Source of the DNA: a virus
Taxonomy: Duplodnaviria; Caudoviricetes
IMG/VR virus record: IMGVR_UViG_3300022895_000234
Coordinates: 1 to 37,082 of that record
Strand: one strand, 5' to 3'
DNA length: 37,082 nt
Shown in pieces: positions 1 through 7,392 of the stretch (its first letter is position 1; the number at the start of each line of letters is the position of its first letter). Below the pieces are notes generated by a model that was not told the DNA's origin, did no database searches, and saw only the letters and a program-made list of their open reading frames with translations. The position numbers and the translations under genes are program-made.

Positions 1-681
1 TCATATTATGTGAATACCAGACTCATCTTTCATAGCCCTATCTATGGTTTCAAATATATCTTGAGCAAAACTTTCAATCACATCAATTACTGAAACAATT
101 GTATTAGCATCAATCTCCAACTCTCTACCTTCTATTGTCTTGCCATTTCTATGAACGAAATCATGTCTGCGCTCTGCAATCTCTTGCATCTTCGCCATAC
201 GAGTATCAGGCAACACCTTACCCGTTATCAGATTAACGTATTTTTTTACCGTAATCGGATTGTGGTAGATCTGCTGGTTGATGATTCCTAAAACGATACC
301 ATTTAACCCGAGTTCTGCAATTTCGCTAATATGAAATTTATTACTCTTATCCTCACCCAGTTTGCTAACCATTTTCTGCATGAGCGTGGGATATGCCAAA
401 ATCGTAGCTTTAAGAACATCACCTACCATTGCCTCAAAAAGCGTAACGGCATGGACGTAAGACATTTTATGCATCATTTCGGAATCGAAACTGTCGGCAG
501 GCTGTTTTACCATCAGTCTCAACTGCTTCAACATTTCTTTGAAAATGCTATAGGTTTCGAGAAACGGGTGTGCCTCAAACCATTTCATTTCAGCTTCATA
601 TTGCTCGTATTGGTAATCAAGCTCCCTTTCACGGTCCCTTTCTTCCATTAGCTCCAGCGCCCACTGGCTCGTCTTACCCAT
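1..681 (-). CDS. HEPN-domain protein (putative RNase toxin or anti-phage effector)
   Basis: 226-aa helical ORF with RHDFVH (Rx4H HEPN motif) followed by RNG, and an upstream AVTLFEAM helix typical of HEPN families. Visibly more AT-rich than the phage core. Confidence 0.6.
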   Translation of the reverse strand: MGKTSQWALELMEERDRERELDYQYEQYEAEMKWFEAHPFLETYSIFKEMLKQLRLMVKQPADSFDSEMMHKMSYVHAVTLFEAMVGDVLKATILAYPTLMQKMVSKLGEDKSNKFHISEIAELGLNGIVLGIINQQIYHNPITVKKYVNLITGKVLPDTRMAKMQEIAERRHDFVHRNGKTIEGRELEIDANTIVSVIDVIESFAQDIFETIDRAMKDESGIHII

Positions 682-696
682 ATGCCCTATTCCCTT

Positions 697-1323
697 CTAA
701 AGTGGTGAAGCCAGAACCGGCAGGATCTGGTGAAATTCTTCCTGCACAGCGCCTACTACGCCATAAAAACGTGAGTCGCCTGACAGAATGATTCCCATCT
801 GCAGCGTCATTATGTTCAGTCCATTGCTGTTCCTCAGCACGTCCTCAACCAACGTTGCTGGATAGCCTTCGGCATGGCGGCGCAAAGGATGGATTCCGCT
901 GTGAATGAACGAGTTCATGGCGTGGTAATTCACGTCTTTGAAGTTGTGAAGCATGGTCGAAGCTTGCTCAGGAGCTTTTTGTTGGATCTGTTTGAGCTGG
1001 TCAGAAAGCATCGGCATTTTCTTAGCCGCATGCTCAGTATCCAAAGTCAGTGGAGACACCAGTGTCTCGATCTGCAGATCGGTAGCCGCATACAGCAGCC
1101 AGACGCTTCGTGTGAGAGCTTCGTACTGGAGACGCATCATCGACAACGCAGAAGTGTAATAACCCACCCTCACCAGAAAGCGAAGGCTCAGCGCGTGTTC
1201 CAGCGCCATGCCACACGCGACCAATGCGACCTCATGCCGTGCGCCGGGATACGCTGGTACACCATCCAGCCGCCTCAAGATTTTGGCATGCAGCACATCT
1301 GACCTGTCTAGAAATTCGTCCAT
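697..1323 (-). CDS. DUF6988/DUF5677-like helical protein (possible degenerate HEPN fold)
   Basis: 208-aa ORF with strong RBS (GGGAGG). Motifs SALSMMRLQYEALTRSVWL and MNSFIHSG resemble these families. Ends 15 nt before the HEPN gene. Confidence 0.5.
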   Translation of the reverse strand: MDEFLDRSDVLHAKILRRLDGVPAYPGARHEVALVACGMALEHALSLRFLVRVGYYTSALSMMRLQYEALTRSVWLLYAATDLQIETLVSPLTLDTEHAAKKMPMLSDQLKQIQQKAPEQASTMLHNFKDVNYHAMNSFIHSGIHPLRRHAEGYPATLVEDVLRNSNGLNIMTLQMGIILSGDSRFYGVVGAVQEEFHQILPVLASPL

Positions 1324-1392
1324 GCGTCCCCTCCCTTTTTGGTCGAAACAACGGTGATACCACTATGCCATAGCTTGTTCATACAAGGCAGC

Positions 1393-1602
1393 TCAAGCGA
1401 CCTCCTCATGCTCGGTCAGCGCCACAGCCTGGCAGACTCGGCCAGCTCCAGCATGTCCCCTAGGTCGCCGTCATCGACTTCTCCCCACCTGAGCGCAGCA
1501 TAAGCCATGACGCTGAGCACTGCCGCGCGACCATCAGGGTCCGTCACCAAAGCGACCTCGTCATTAAGTTCAGCAAGTCACGGCGCTGGAAGCGCTCAAC
1601 AT
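1393..1602 (-). pseudogene. Degraded small hypothetical gene directly after umuC
   Basis: An ATG overlaps the umuC stop. The protein-like frame [57 protein letters not shown] has an internal TGA (1578-1580) and apparent frameshifts at both ends. Confidence 0.4.
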
Positions 1603-2870
1603 TTCACCGTCCACAGCTGATCGATCCTCGTCGTGTAGGATTGACTCATCATCTCCCTCCTCATTCCCCAGTCTGGCGTCGCTGGCACGCTCGCGGCCCG
1701 CATTGTCCCCCTCCCCCAGCGCTCGTTGATGTCATCCATCACCTGCATCAGTCGGTCACATGCCACTGATTGCTTAAGCGCAAACAAGTCCTCTGAAAAT
1801 TCACCCGGTTGCCGCAGGTCCATCAGCAGTACCTCGGCCTTGCTGTACCGAAACCCGGGCCTAAAGATACGGTCGACCGCTTCTGTGACCAACCGGGTCA
1901 TCAGCAGCGTGTCGCAGGTGGGATATGGAAGCTCAACCAGGGCCCCCTGAGCGTAGTGCGCCTCGTCCGGGTTGAACATGCCAGTGCGGATGCTGACGCG
2001 CATGCGCTTGCACACTGAACCCTGGGCCCGGAGTTTTTCCGCTGCTCGGGCAACGTACGTGGCCACTGCCTGCTTGATGGGCGCCAGCTCAGTAAGACGC
2101 TTCCCGAACATCCGGCTGCAGCAGATTTCCTGTTTCGGGGGCTCGGCCTCGTCCAGCTCCAAGCACGGCGTACCCGCCAGCTCGCGGGCAGTTTTCTCGA
2201 CCACCACACTGAATTTCTGTCGCAGTGTCCAGGCATCTGCCTTGGCTAAATCCATCGCCGTGTGGATGCCCATCGCCTCAAGGTGGGCGGTCATCCGCCG
2301 GCCTACGCCCCACACCTCCTTCACTTCGGTATTCCGTAGCACCCAGTCGCGCTTGAACGGATCGGTGATATCCACCACTCCGCCGGTTTGTGCCTGCAGC
2401 CGTTTGGCGGTGTGATTGGCTAGCTTCGCAAGTGTCTTGGTGCCGGCAATGCCGACACCCACCGGGATTCCGGTGCACTGGAGAATCCTAGACCGCAGCT
2501 TTCGCCCGAACTGGGTCAGGTTTTCCTGAATACCCGATAGGTCTGCGAAGCACTCGTCGATGCTGTAGATCTCGGTGGCAGGCACCATCGACTCAATCAG
2601 CGTCATGACGCGCTCGCTCATGTCACCGTACAGCGCGTAATTACTGCTGAAAGCCATGATGCCGTGCCGGCGTAGCTTGTCCTTTGCCTGGAAAAACGGT
2701 TCGCCCATCTTCACGAAAGGCTTTGCATCGTATGACCTGGCAATCACGCAGCCATCGTTGTTGCTCAGTACGACGATCGGGGTCTTGGCCAGGTCTGGTC
2801 GAAACACCCGCTCGCAACTCGCGTAGAACGAGTTGCAATCGATAAGCGCAAACACCTGGTCACTGCGCAT
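1596..2870 (-). CDS. umuC: Y-family translesion polymerase V subunit UmuC (RulB-like)
   Basis: ALIDCNSFYASCE, VVLSNNDGCVIARS, SSNYALYGDMS, YSIDE and C-terminal WGMRREMMSQSYTT motifs. Start at MRSDQV overlaps the end of umuD. Confidence 0.96.
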   Translation of the reverse strand: MRSDQVFALIDCNSFYASCERVFRPDLAKTPIVVLSNNDGCVIARSYDAKPFVKMGEPFFQAKDKLRRHGIMAFSSNYALYGDMSERVMTLIESMVPATEIYSIDECFADLSGIQENLTQFGRKLRSRILQCTGIPVGVGIAGTKTLAKLANHTAKRLQAQTGGVVDITDPFKRDWVLRNTEVKEVWGVGRRMTAHLEAMGIHTAMDLAKADAWTLRQKFSVVVEKTARELAGTPCLELDEAEPPKQEICCSRMFGKRLTELAPIKQAVATYVARAAEKLRAQGSVCKRMRVSIRTGMFNPDEAHYAQGALVELPYPTCDTLLMTRLVTEAVDRIFRPGFRYSKAEVLLMDLRQPGEFSEDLFALKQSVACDRLMQVMDDINERWGRGTMRAASVPATPDWGMRREMMSQSYTTRIDQLWTVKC

Positions 2871-3288
2871 GATCACGAACGCTGTAACGCACAACGCCCC
2901 ATACGACGAGATCATCGCCTTCCATGATGTACCGCGGCGGATACGCCGGATTCTCCGACTTGAGGATCACCACGCCGTCGCGTCGGTGCAAACGCTTGCA
3001 CACCGGCTCGCTGTTAACGGCAGCAATGACAATGTCGTCGTGCTCTGCCTCACGGCCGCGGTCTACGATGACGAGGTCGCCAGAGTAGATGCCAGCGCCT
3101 TGCATGCTGTCGCCTTCAACTTTTACCAGATACACATGGGGCGCGCGGAGGTCGAATAGCTCATCAAGGGAAATATGACCTTCCAAATGGTCCGCAGCAG
3201 GCGAAGGGAAACCGGCTGGGACGTGAAACGAATACAGCGGTAGTGGTTCGGTACCGCCAGTGGGCGTACCAAGAAATGTGATGGTCAT
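2860..3288 (-). CDS. umuD: UmuD/RulA, S24 peptidase autocleaving subunit of Pol V
   Basis: VPAGFPSPAAD cleavage region, GDSM catalytic Ser, CKRL catalytic Lys. Start placed at MTITFLG, downstream of the SOS box. Confidence 0.95.
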   Translation of the reverse strand: MTITFLGTPTGGTEPLPLYSFHVPAGFPSPAADHLEGHISLDELFDLRAPHVYLVKVEGDSMQGAGIYSGDLVIVDRGREAEHDDIVIAAVNSEPVCKRLHRRDGVVILKSENPAYPPRYIMEGDDLVVWGVVRYSVRDHAQ

Positions 3289-3308
3289 GATGGAAGGTCC
3301 AATGCAAA

Positions 3309-3324
3309 CTGTATGCATATACAG
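3309..3324. promoter_or_regulatory. LexA (SOS) box between divergent umuDC and SRAP genes
   Basis: CTGTATGCATATACAG matches CTG-N10-CAG and is close to consensus; 20 nt upstream of the umuD start. Confidence 0.92.
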
Positions 3325-3390
3325 TAAATCCGGCATCGGTCTTCCGGTCAATCCTAGCCGGCGAAAATTCTGACGGGCGAGAGGTGGGAT

Positions 3391-4110
3391 ATGTGCGGAC
3401 GGTACTCGATCTACGAGTCAATGGATCACTACCTGCGCCAGCTATCGCTGGACCTGGTCGTGATAAATGGCTACGACCACGAGCCAATCAGTCGCTACAA
3501 CGTGGCGCCGTCTACCCGCGTCGAGGTCATACGCCAGGTAGATGGTGGACTGTGCGTGGATCGGGTCAAGTGGGGATGGTCGCCATTTTGGGCGAAGGGG
3601 AAACGTCCTGATCCGATCAATGCTCGGGCCGAGACAGTGGTGACAGGAAAATTCTTTAAGGGCCTGTGGCCGAACGGCAGAGCCCTGGCTCCTGCAAATG
3701 GCTGGTTTGAGTGGCTACCTGATCTAGCGGACCCGAAGCGCAAACAGCCCTACTACATCACGGGCGCCGACGGCGCCCCGCTGTACTTCGCTGCACTTGC
3801 TGAGGTGCACCAGAGCCTCGAGCCGGATGAGCGCGATGGATTCGTGATCATCACAGCAGCAGCCGATCAAGGGCTCGTCGACATCCACGACAGAAAGCCC
3901 CTAGTGCTGACGCCAGAAGTGGCCAAGGAATGGTTAGACCCAGCCACAACGCCTGAGCGCGCGGCGGAGATCGTCGAGGCAGGATGCCGGCCCGCTCAGG
4001 ATTTTCGCTGGTTCGCTGTAGGTAAAGCGGTAGGCAACGTGCGCAACCAAGGGCCAGAACTGATTGAACCGGTCAGTGAGGAGAGCCGCCAGGGCGACCT
4101 AGAGCTCTAA
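3391..4110 (+). CDS. SOS response-associated peptidase (SRAP/HMCES/YedK abasic-site crosslinking family)
   Basis: N-terminal MCGRY with catalytic Cys2, plus RYNVAP, INARAET, GWFEW and IHDRKP motifs. Confidence 0.95.
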   Translation: MCGRYSIYESMDHYLRQLSLDLVVINGYDHEPISRYNVAPSTRVEVIRQVDGGLCVDRVKWGWSPFWAKGKRPDPINARAETVVTGKFFKGLWPNGRALAPANGWFEWLPDLADPKRKQPYYITGADGAPLYFAALAEVHQSLEPDERDGFVIITAAADQGLVDIHDRKPLVLTPEVAKEWLDPATTPERAAEIVEAGCRPAQDFRWFAVGKAVGNVRNQGPELIEPVSEESRQGDLEL

Positions 4111-4279
4111 GCTGGTAGTCGGTGACTGCCTGGAATTGGGATTCTGCGATCAGTCGTAGTCGCTCAATCTTAAGGGGTGACGCGCCATCGGCCTGTGCTT
4201 GGTGATAACGCTTCAGTGCTTCGACTGCATCGGTGTACATCGGATGATCTGGGAACAGTAACGAAGGAGCTTTTGACAT
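4073..4279 (-). CDS. Small hypothetical helical protein (paralogue of 4308-4520)
   Basis: 68-aa ORF with RBS (GAGGG); aligns with the neighbouring ORF through ERLRL..A.S...AV.D[YF]QL. Confidence 0.7.
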   Translation of the reverse strand: MSKAPSLLFPDHPMYTDAVEALKRYHQAQADGASPLKIERLRLIAESQFQAVTDYQLRALGRPGGSPH

Positions 4280-4307
4280 TACGGAGCCCTCTTTCAGCAG
4301 TCGCTTT

Positions 4308-4520
4308 TCAATGGATAGTATCAGGCGGATGCTTGGCTTCGATCAGCTGAAAATCGATGACTGCATGGTAGAGGGAGTCCGCGACAAGGCGTAGCCGCTC
4401 CACCTCTTCAGCAGGCGCGTTAGCGGCCTCAGCCGCCCGGAACTCCCTCATGGCGTCGATCGCCTGCTGAATCAGAGCCTCGCCGGCCTCAACAATCCCA
4501 ATGAAAGAACGCTTGACCAC
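4308..4520 (-). CDS. Small hypothetical helical protein (paralogue of 4073-4279)
   Basis: 70-aa ORF with AGGAG RBS and GTG start; same motif as its neighbour. Confidence 0.7.
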   Translation of the reverse strand: MVKRSFIGIVEAGEALIQQAIDAMREFRAAEAANAPAEEVERLRLVADSLYHAVIDFQLIEAKHPPDTIH

Positions 4521-4597
4521 AAGTCACTCCTAGCAGCTGATAAGAAGCATAGGGTAAAACGAGCCAAGCATCTGCAAAGGACAAAAAACTCTGTATT

Positions 4598-5392
4598 TCA
4601 GAACAGTTGACCCAACTCCGCTGGCGTCCAGTTCATGATAATTAACTCACCGGCCATCTCAGCCTTGCCCTGACGCTGGTTGGTCGTTGTGTAGCGAATA
4701 TCCACGCACTCAAAGTGGAAGCCATCGAAAACACGGCGAATATCAGGGTGATCGTTGATGCTCACCATCACCTTGCCTTTGCATGTGCGCATGAACTCGG
4801 CCATGCGCTCATATTGATCGAACGGGAAGTCGACCCCATAGCCTGCGGTCTGCCAATAAGGCGGATCCATGTAGAAGAACGTATGCGCTCGATCATAACG
4901 CTCAGCGCAGTCGAGCCATGAAAGGTTCTCCACGTAGGTGCCGGCCAGCCTTTGCCAGGCTGCAGAAAGGTTCTCTTCAATGCGCAGCAGGTTGATGGCA
5001 GGGCCAGTGGTGGCGGTACCGAATGTCTGCCCAGTAACCTTCCCACCGAAAGCGTGCTGCTGCAGATAGAAGAAACGGGCCGCGCGCTGGATATCGGTCA
5101 GCGTCTCCGGTCTCGCCATCTTTTGCCACTCGAAGATCTGCCGTGACGACAGCGCCCATTTGAACTGCCGGACAAACTCCTCCAGATGGTTCTGGACTAC
5201 CCGGTATAGATTCACTAGGTCGCCGTTGAGATCATTCAAGACCTCCACTTGGGCGGGTTGCGGGCGCATGAAATAGAGAGCGGCGCCGCCGGCGAAGACC
5301 TCGACATAGCATTCATGAGCAGGGAAAAGCGGGATCAAGCGGTCGGCTAGGCGGCGCTTGCCGCCCATCCACGGAATGATTGGGTTAGTCAC
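4598..5392 (-). CDS. Orphan DNA adenine methyltransferase (D12/Dam-like class)
   Basis: PWMGGKRRLA, YVEVFAGGAA (SAM-binding motif I), LNDLNGDL, catalytic YMDPPY. No cognate restriction enzyme nearby. Confidence 0.93.
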   Translation of the reverse strand: MTNPIIPWMGGKRRLADRLIPLFPAHECYVEVFAGGAALYFMRPQPAQVEVLNDLNGDLVNLYRVVQNHLEEFVRQFKWALSSRQIFEWQKMARPETLTDIQRAARFFYLQQHAFGGKVTGQTFGTATTGPAINLLRIEENLSAAWQRLAGTYVENLSWLDCAERYDRAHTFFYMDPPYWQTAGYGVDFPFDQYERMAEFMRTCKGKVMVSINDHPDIRRVFDGFHFECVDIRYTTTNQRQGKAEMAGELIIMNWTPAELGQLF

Positions 5393-5406
5393 TTTGCAAA
5401 CCTTTA

Positions 5407-5422
5407 CTGTATGGATGAACAG
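5407..5422. promoter_or_regulatory. LexA-box-like site upstream of the methyltransferase
   Basis: CTGTATGGATGAACAG matches CTG-N10-CAG with flanking TA; 14 nt from the GTG start; overlaps a + strand promoter-like TTACTG-17-TAGGCT with extended -10 TG. Confidence 0.7.
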
Positions 5423-5435
5423 GTGCTAGGCTCGC

Positions 5436-5540
5436 CGTGCTTTGTGCACAGAGCGGGAGCCTTGGCTGGGCTTGCAGGTATGGTCTGCGGGTTCGGCGGT
5501 CAGCAGGGATGTTGACGCATCCCCGGTGGCCGCTCTCTTT
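5436..5540 (+). ncRNA. Putative cis-antisense small RNA with three hairpins
   Basis: Hairpins GCTTTG/CAGAGC, GGGCTTGCAG/CTGCGGGTTC and GCGGTCA..GGGATG-TTGACG-CATCCC..TGGCCGC, then TCTCTTT. The G-U wobbles pair only on the + strand. Promoter-like motif immediately upstream. Confidence 0.5.
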
Positions 5541-5557
5541 GCATGAAGCCTTCGAAT

Positions 5558-6076
5558 TTATTCGCGGGCGCTTACTGCCGCCCGCTTTGCGACTAGGGCG
5601 TCGTACTCACGCTCGCACTGCTGGCCGGCAACTCTGGCCTGGTCAAACGCTGCCGCCAGCTCTCCCGCTCTTTCATCAGCCCGTGCGAGCAGGTCGGAGA
5701 GCACCATGGCGGCGCGGGTGGCTGTCTGGCCTCTGGTGATAACGGCGGTATCCTGGCCGGGGCAACTGACGGCGGCAGCGAATTGGGAGGTTTCGCTGCG
5801 CAGCCGCTGGCCAGCAGCATCGGCGTCAACAGCGCCAGCATCAGCAATCGTTCGTTCTTCCTGGGCATGGGCTCTCGCCTCCTCCTGCGCTGCGGCGCGT
5901 CGTGTTTCTTCCTGCCGGGCACTTCGCTCGCCGATCACCTCGGCAAGCCGGTTACCGCTGTCTCGTTGCGCTGATGCCTCTCCGGCGTTCGCTCGCTCTA
6001 CCGAGCGACCGTGCTGATAGGCCGCCCCGTGGGATGCCAGCAGTACAGCAAACGTCAATATGGCCCAGCCCTTCAT
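5558..6076 (-). CDS. Rz: Rz-like inner-membrane spanin (DUF2514-type)
   Basis: N-terminal hydrophobic anchor, Ala-rich coiled coil, C-terminal AGQQCEREYDAL. Follows the endolysin and contains a nested lipoprotein ORF. Confidence 0.85.
   Translation of the reverse strand: MKGWAILTFAVLLASHGAAYQHGRSVERANAGEASAQRDSGNRLAEVIGERSARQEETRRAAAQEEARAHAQEERTIADAGAVDADAAGQRLRSETSQFAAAVSCPGQDTAVITRGQTATRAAMVLSDLLARADERAGELAAAFDQARVAGQQCEREYDALVAKRAAVSARE
5593..5868 (-). CDS. Rz1: Rz1-like outer-membrane lipoprotein spanin nested in Rz
   Basis: MPRKNERLLMLALLTPMLLASGC lipobox, Pro-rich mature part, GGAGG RBS, alternative frame inside Rz. Confidence 0.8.
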   Translation of the reverse strand: MPRKNERLLMLALLTPMLLASGCAAKPPNSLPPSVAPARIPPLSPEARQPPAPPWCSPTCSHGLMKERESWRQRLTRPELPASSASVSTTP

Positions 6077-6522
6077 GTCAGCGCCCGCCGTATACCTTCG
6101 TCGATCACCTCGGCCTTGTATGGGTTGCCGCCATTCTCGTGGACGATGATGCCCACCACTGCCTCCCGCAGAACCTCTGGCTTGGAGATGTCTATGGAGT
6201 CGCGTACCCCGACCCCGAGCCGCTTGGCGATGGCCTGCGCGTAAGCCAGCGTGTTGTTCTCGCTAGACGGCGCCCAGCGGCTGATGAATTCCAGCGGAGT
6301 ATCGATACCAGAGCGGCCGACGCCTGGCATGCCATCTTTGCCCCCGTAGTTGAGCAGAAGCTTGCCCAGGGCACGGATGCCATTTTCAGCTTGGTCAAAC
6401 CGGGCAAAGCGCGGCTTGGCCACGCCCTCCTCGACGCCCAACTGACCCTGCCAGGCATTCCGTGGGTTGAAATCGATATTGCCGGGGTTGTTGTTCCGGA
6501 CGCCGCGAGGGGTTGCCATCAT
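6073..6522 (-). CDS. Putative endolysin (RNNNPGNI lysozyme-like family, often annotated as structural protein)
   Basis: RGVRNNNPGNI, FARF, GIRAL, ISRWAPSSENNT and HENG motifs; directly upstream of Rz/Rz1. Confidence 0.75.
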   Translation of the reverse strand: MMATPRGVRNNNPGNIDFNPRNAWQGQLGVEEGVAKPRFARFDQAENGIRALGKLLLNYGGKDGMPGVGRSGIDTPLEFISRWAPSSENNTLAYAQAIAKRLGVGVRDSIDISKPEVLREAVVGIIVHENGGNPYKAEVIDEGIRRALT

Positions 6523-6746
6523 GCTGGCTCCTCCGCCGGCACTTGCGGTTCAACCTCGGCAGGCTCTTGGGCGGTGACCGTGACCTCAGCCTTGAAGACC
6601 TTGAGCACCTTCGCGGTGGACAGAACTACCCGTGGATTGGCCCGCAGCTCCTGAGTAGCAGCCGCTTCGGCCTCAGCCTCGGTGGCGAACTGGCGCTTGT
6701 TCAGCGGGTTGTAGTCGTTGATGGTGTCGATGACGATGAAAGGCAT
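6519..6746 (-). CDS. Hypothetical protein
   Basis: 75-aa ORF with GGAG RBS; ATGA overlap with the endolysin. Confidence 0.7.
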   Translation of the reverse strand: MPFIVIDTINDYNPLNKRQFATEAEAEAAATQELRANPRVVLSTAKVLKVFKAEVTVTAQEPAEVEPQVPAEEPA

Positions 6747-6761
6747 GGGTTTTCTCCAGGC

Positions 6762-6787
6762 AAAAAAAATACCGCCGGGCGGCGGTT
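6762..6787 (-). terminator. Rho-independent terminator after the tail fibre module
   Basis: ACCGCC-GCCC-GGCGGT hairpin followed by A and T8 on the minus strand. Confidence 0.7.
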
Positions 6788-6809
6788 GGGTTTGAGGTAA
6801 CGCTAAGGG

Positions 6810-7085
6810 TCAGGCGGGCTGTGCCGGCCAGTCGATCAATTCGGGATAGCCGGGCTGCTCGGGCAGGCGATTCAATGCAATCCGGTAGCGCTTCCAGTCC
6901 TTGAGTGCTGCTGCCTCGGCATCGGTGGCTTCCTCCAGCTCAACAGCATCCTGGAGAGGCGCAATAGCGGAATCAGCTACCTGTCTGAGGCTCTGGATTT
7001 GCTGGGTCACCTTGGCCGCCAAGACTTGTGTGTGCTGCTGCTCCTTCATCTCCCGAGTCACCATCTGGCTCCAGTCGATCTGCAT
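6810..7085 (-). CDS. Tail fibre assembly chaperone (Tfa-like)
   Basis: IAPLQDAVELEEAT..EAAALKDWKRYRIALNR..IDWPAQP signature. Confidence 0.88.
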   Translation of the reverse strand: MQIDWSQMVTREMKEQQHTQVLAAKVTQQIQSLRQVADSAIAPLQDAVELEEATDAEAAALKDWKRYRIALNRLPEQPGYPELIDWPAQPA

Positions 7086-7392
7086 TTTCTACCTCAATGT
7101 TGTAGGGGGGGAGTTGAACAGTGCCATCGCCAAAGAGGGTGATGGCCTGAGGGAAGCGGGTCGATTCCGGAGCGTTTAATCCGTGGGGCAGGATTAGAGT
7201 GAACTCGAGTTCGCCATTCATCCGGGTGACCTCTCCCTTGAACCACTCGCTGTCGACAGCGCCAGGTGGAAGAGTTGCTCCTTCAGGGAGATTGGAGAAA
7301 TCGAACTGCTCTCCGTTGAGGTACAGGACGTCTCCCGCTCGGTATAACGAAAGCGGATAGTCCCGATAGGATGGAGAAAAACTGATTTTCAT
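6973..7392 (-). CDS. Tail-fibre-associated hypothetical protein
   Basis: MKISFSP..GDVLYLNGEQFDFSNLPEGATLP..LILPHG..STRFPQ, a family typical beside Pseudomonas tail fibres. Start overlaps the upstream stop. Confidence 0.75.
   Translation of the reverse strand: MKISFSPSYRDYPLSLYRAGDVLYLNGEQFDFSNLPEGATLPPGAVDSEWFKGEVTRMNGELEFTLILPHGLNAPESTRFPQAITLFGDGTVQLPPYNIEVENADRLEPDGDSGDEGAAAHTSLGGQGDPANPEPQTGS

Noticed and set aside
1-1600. Prophage attachment site at the left end
   Set aside because: No host gene, tRNA remnant or matching direct repeat is visible in the window, so the boundary, and whether the HEPN pair is inside the prophage, cannot be fixed.
2871-3351. Longer ORF-track starts for umuC (2915) and umuD (3351); likewise HNH (32828), antiterminator (35214) and recombinase (37056)
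   Set aside because: The extensions overlap upstream genes or the LexA box; internal ATGs match family N-termini and coupling patterns.
4598-5392. Naming the methyltransferase dam (GATC) or part of a restriction-modification system
   Set aside because: The class is clear but specificity cannot be read from sequence, and no nuclease gene is adjacent.
5437-5739. 100-aa + strand ORF, or a Com-type zinc-finger regulator upstream of the methyltransferase
   Set aside because: The ORF is antisense to Rz/Rz1 with no motif, and no CxxC..CxxC ORF was found in the gap on the minus strand.
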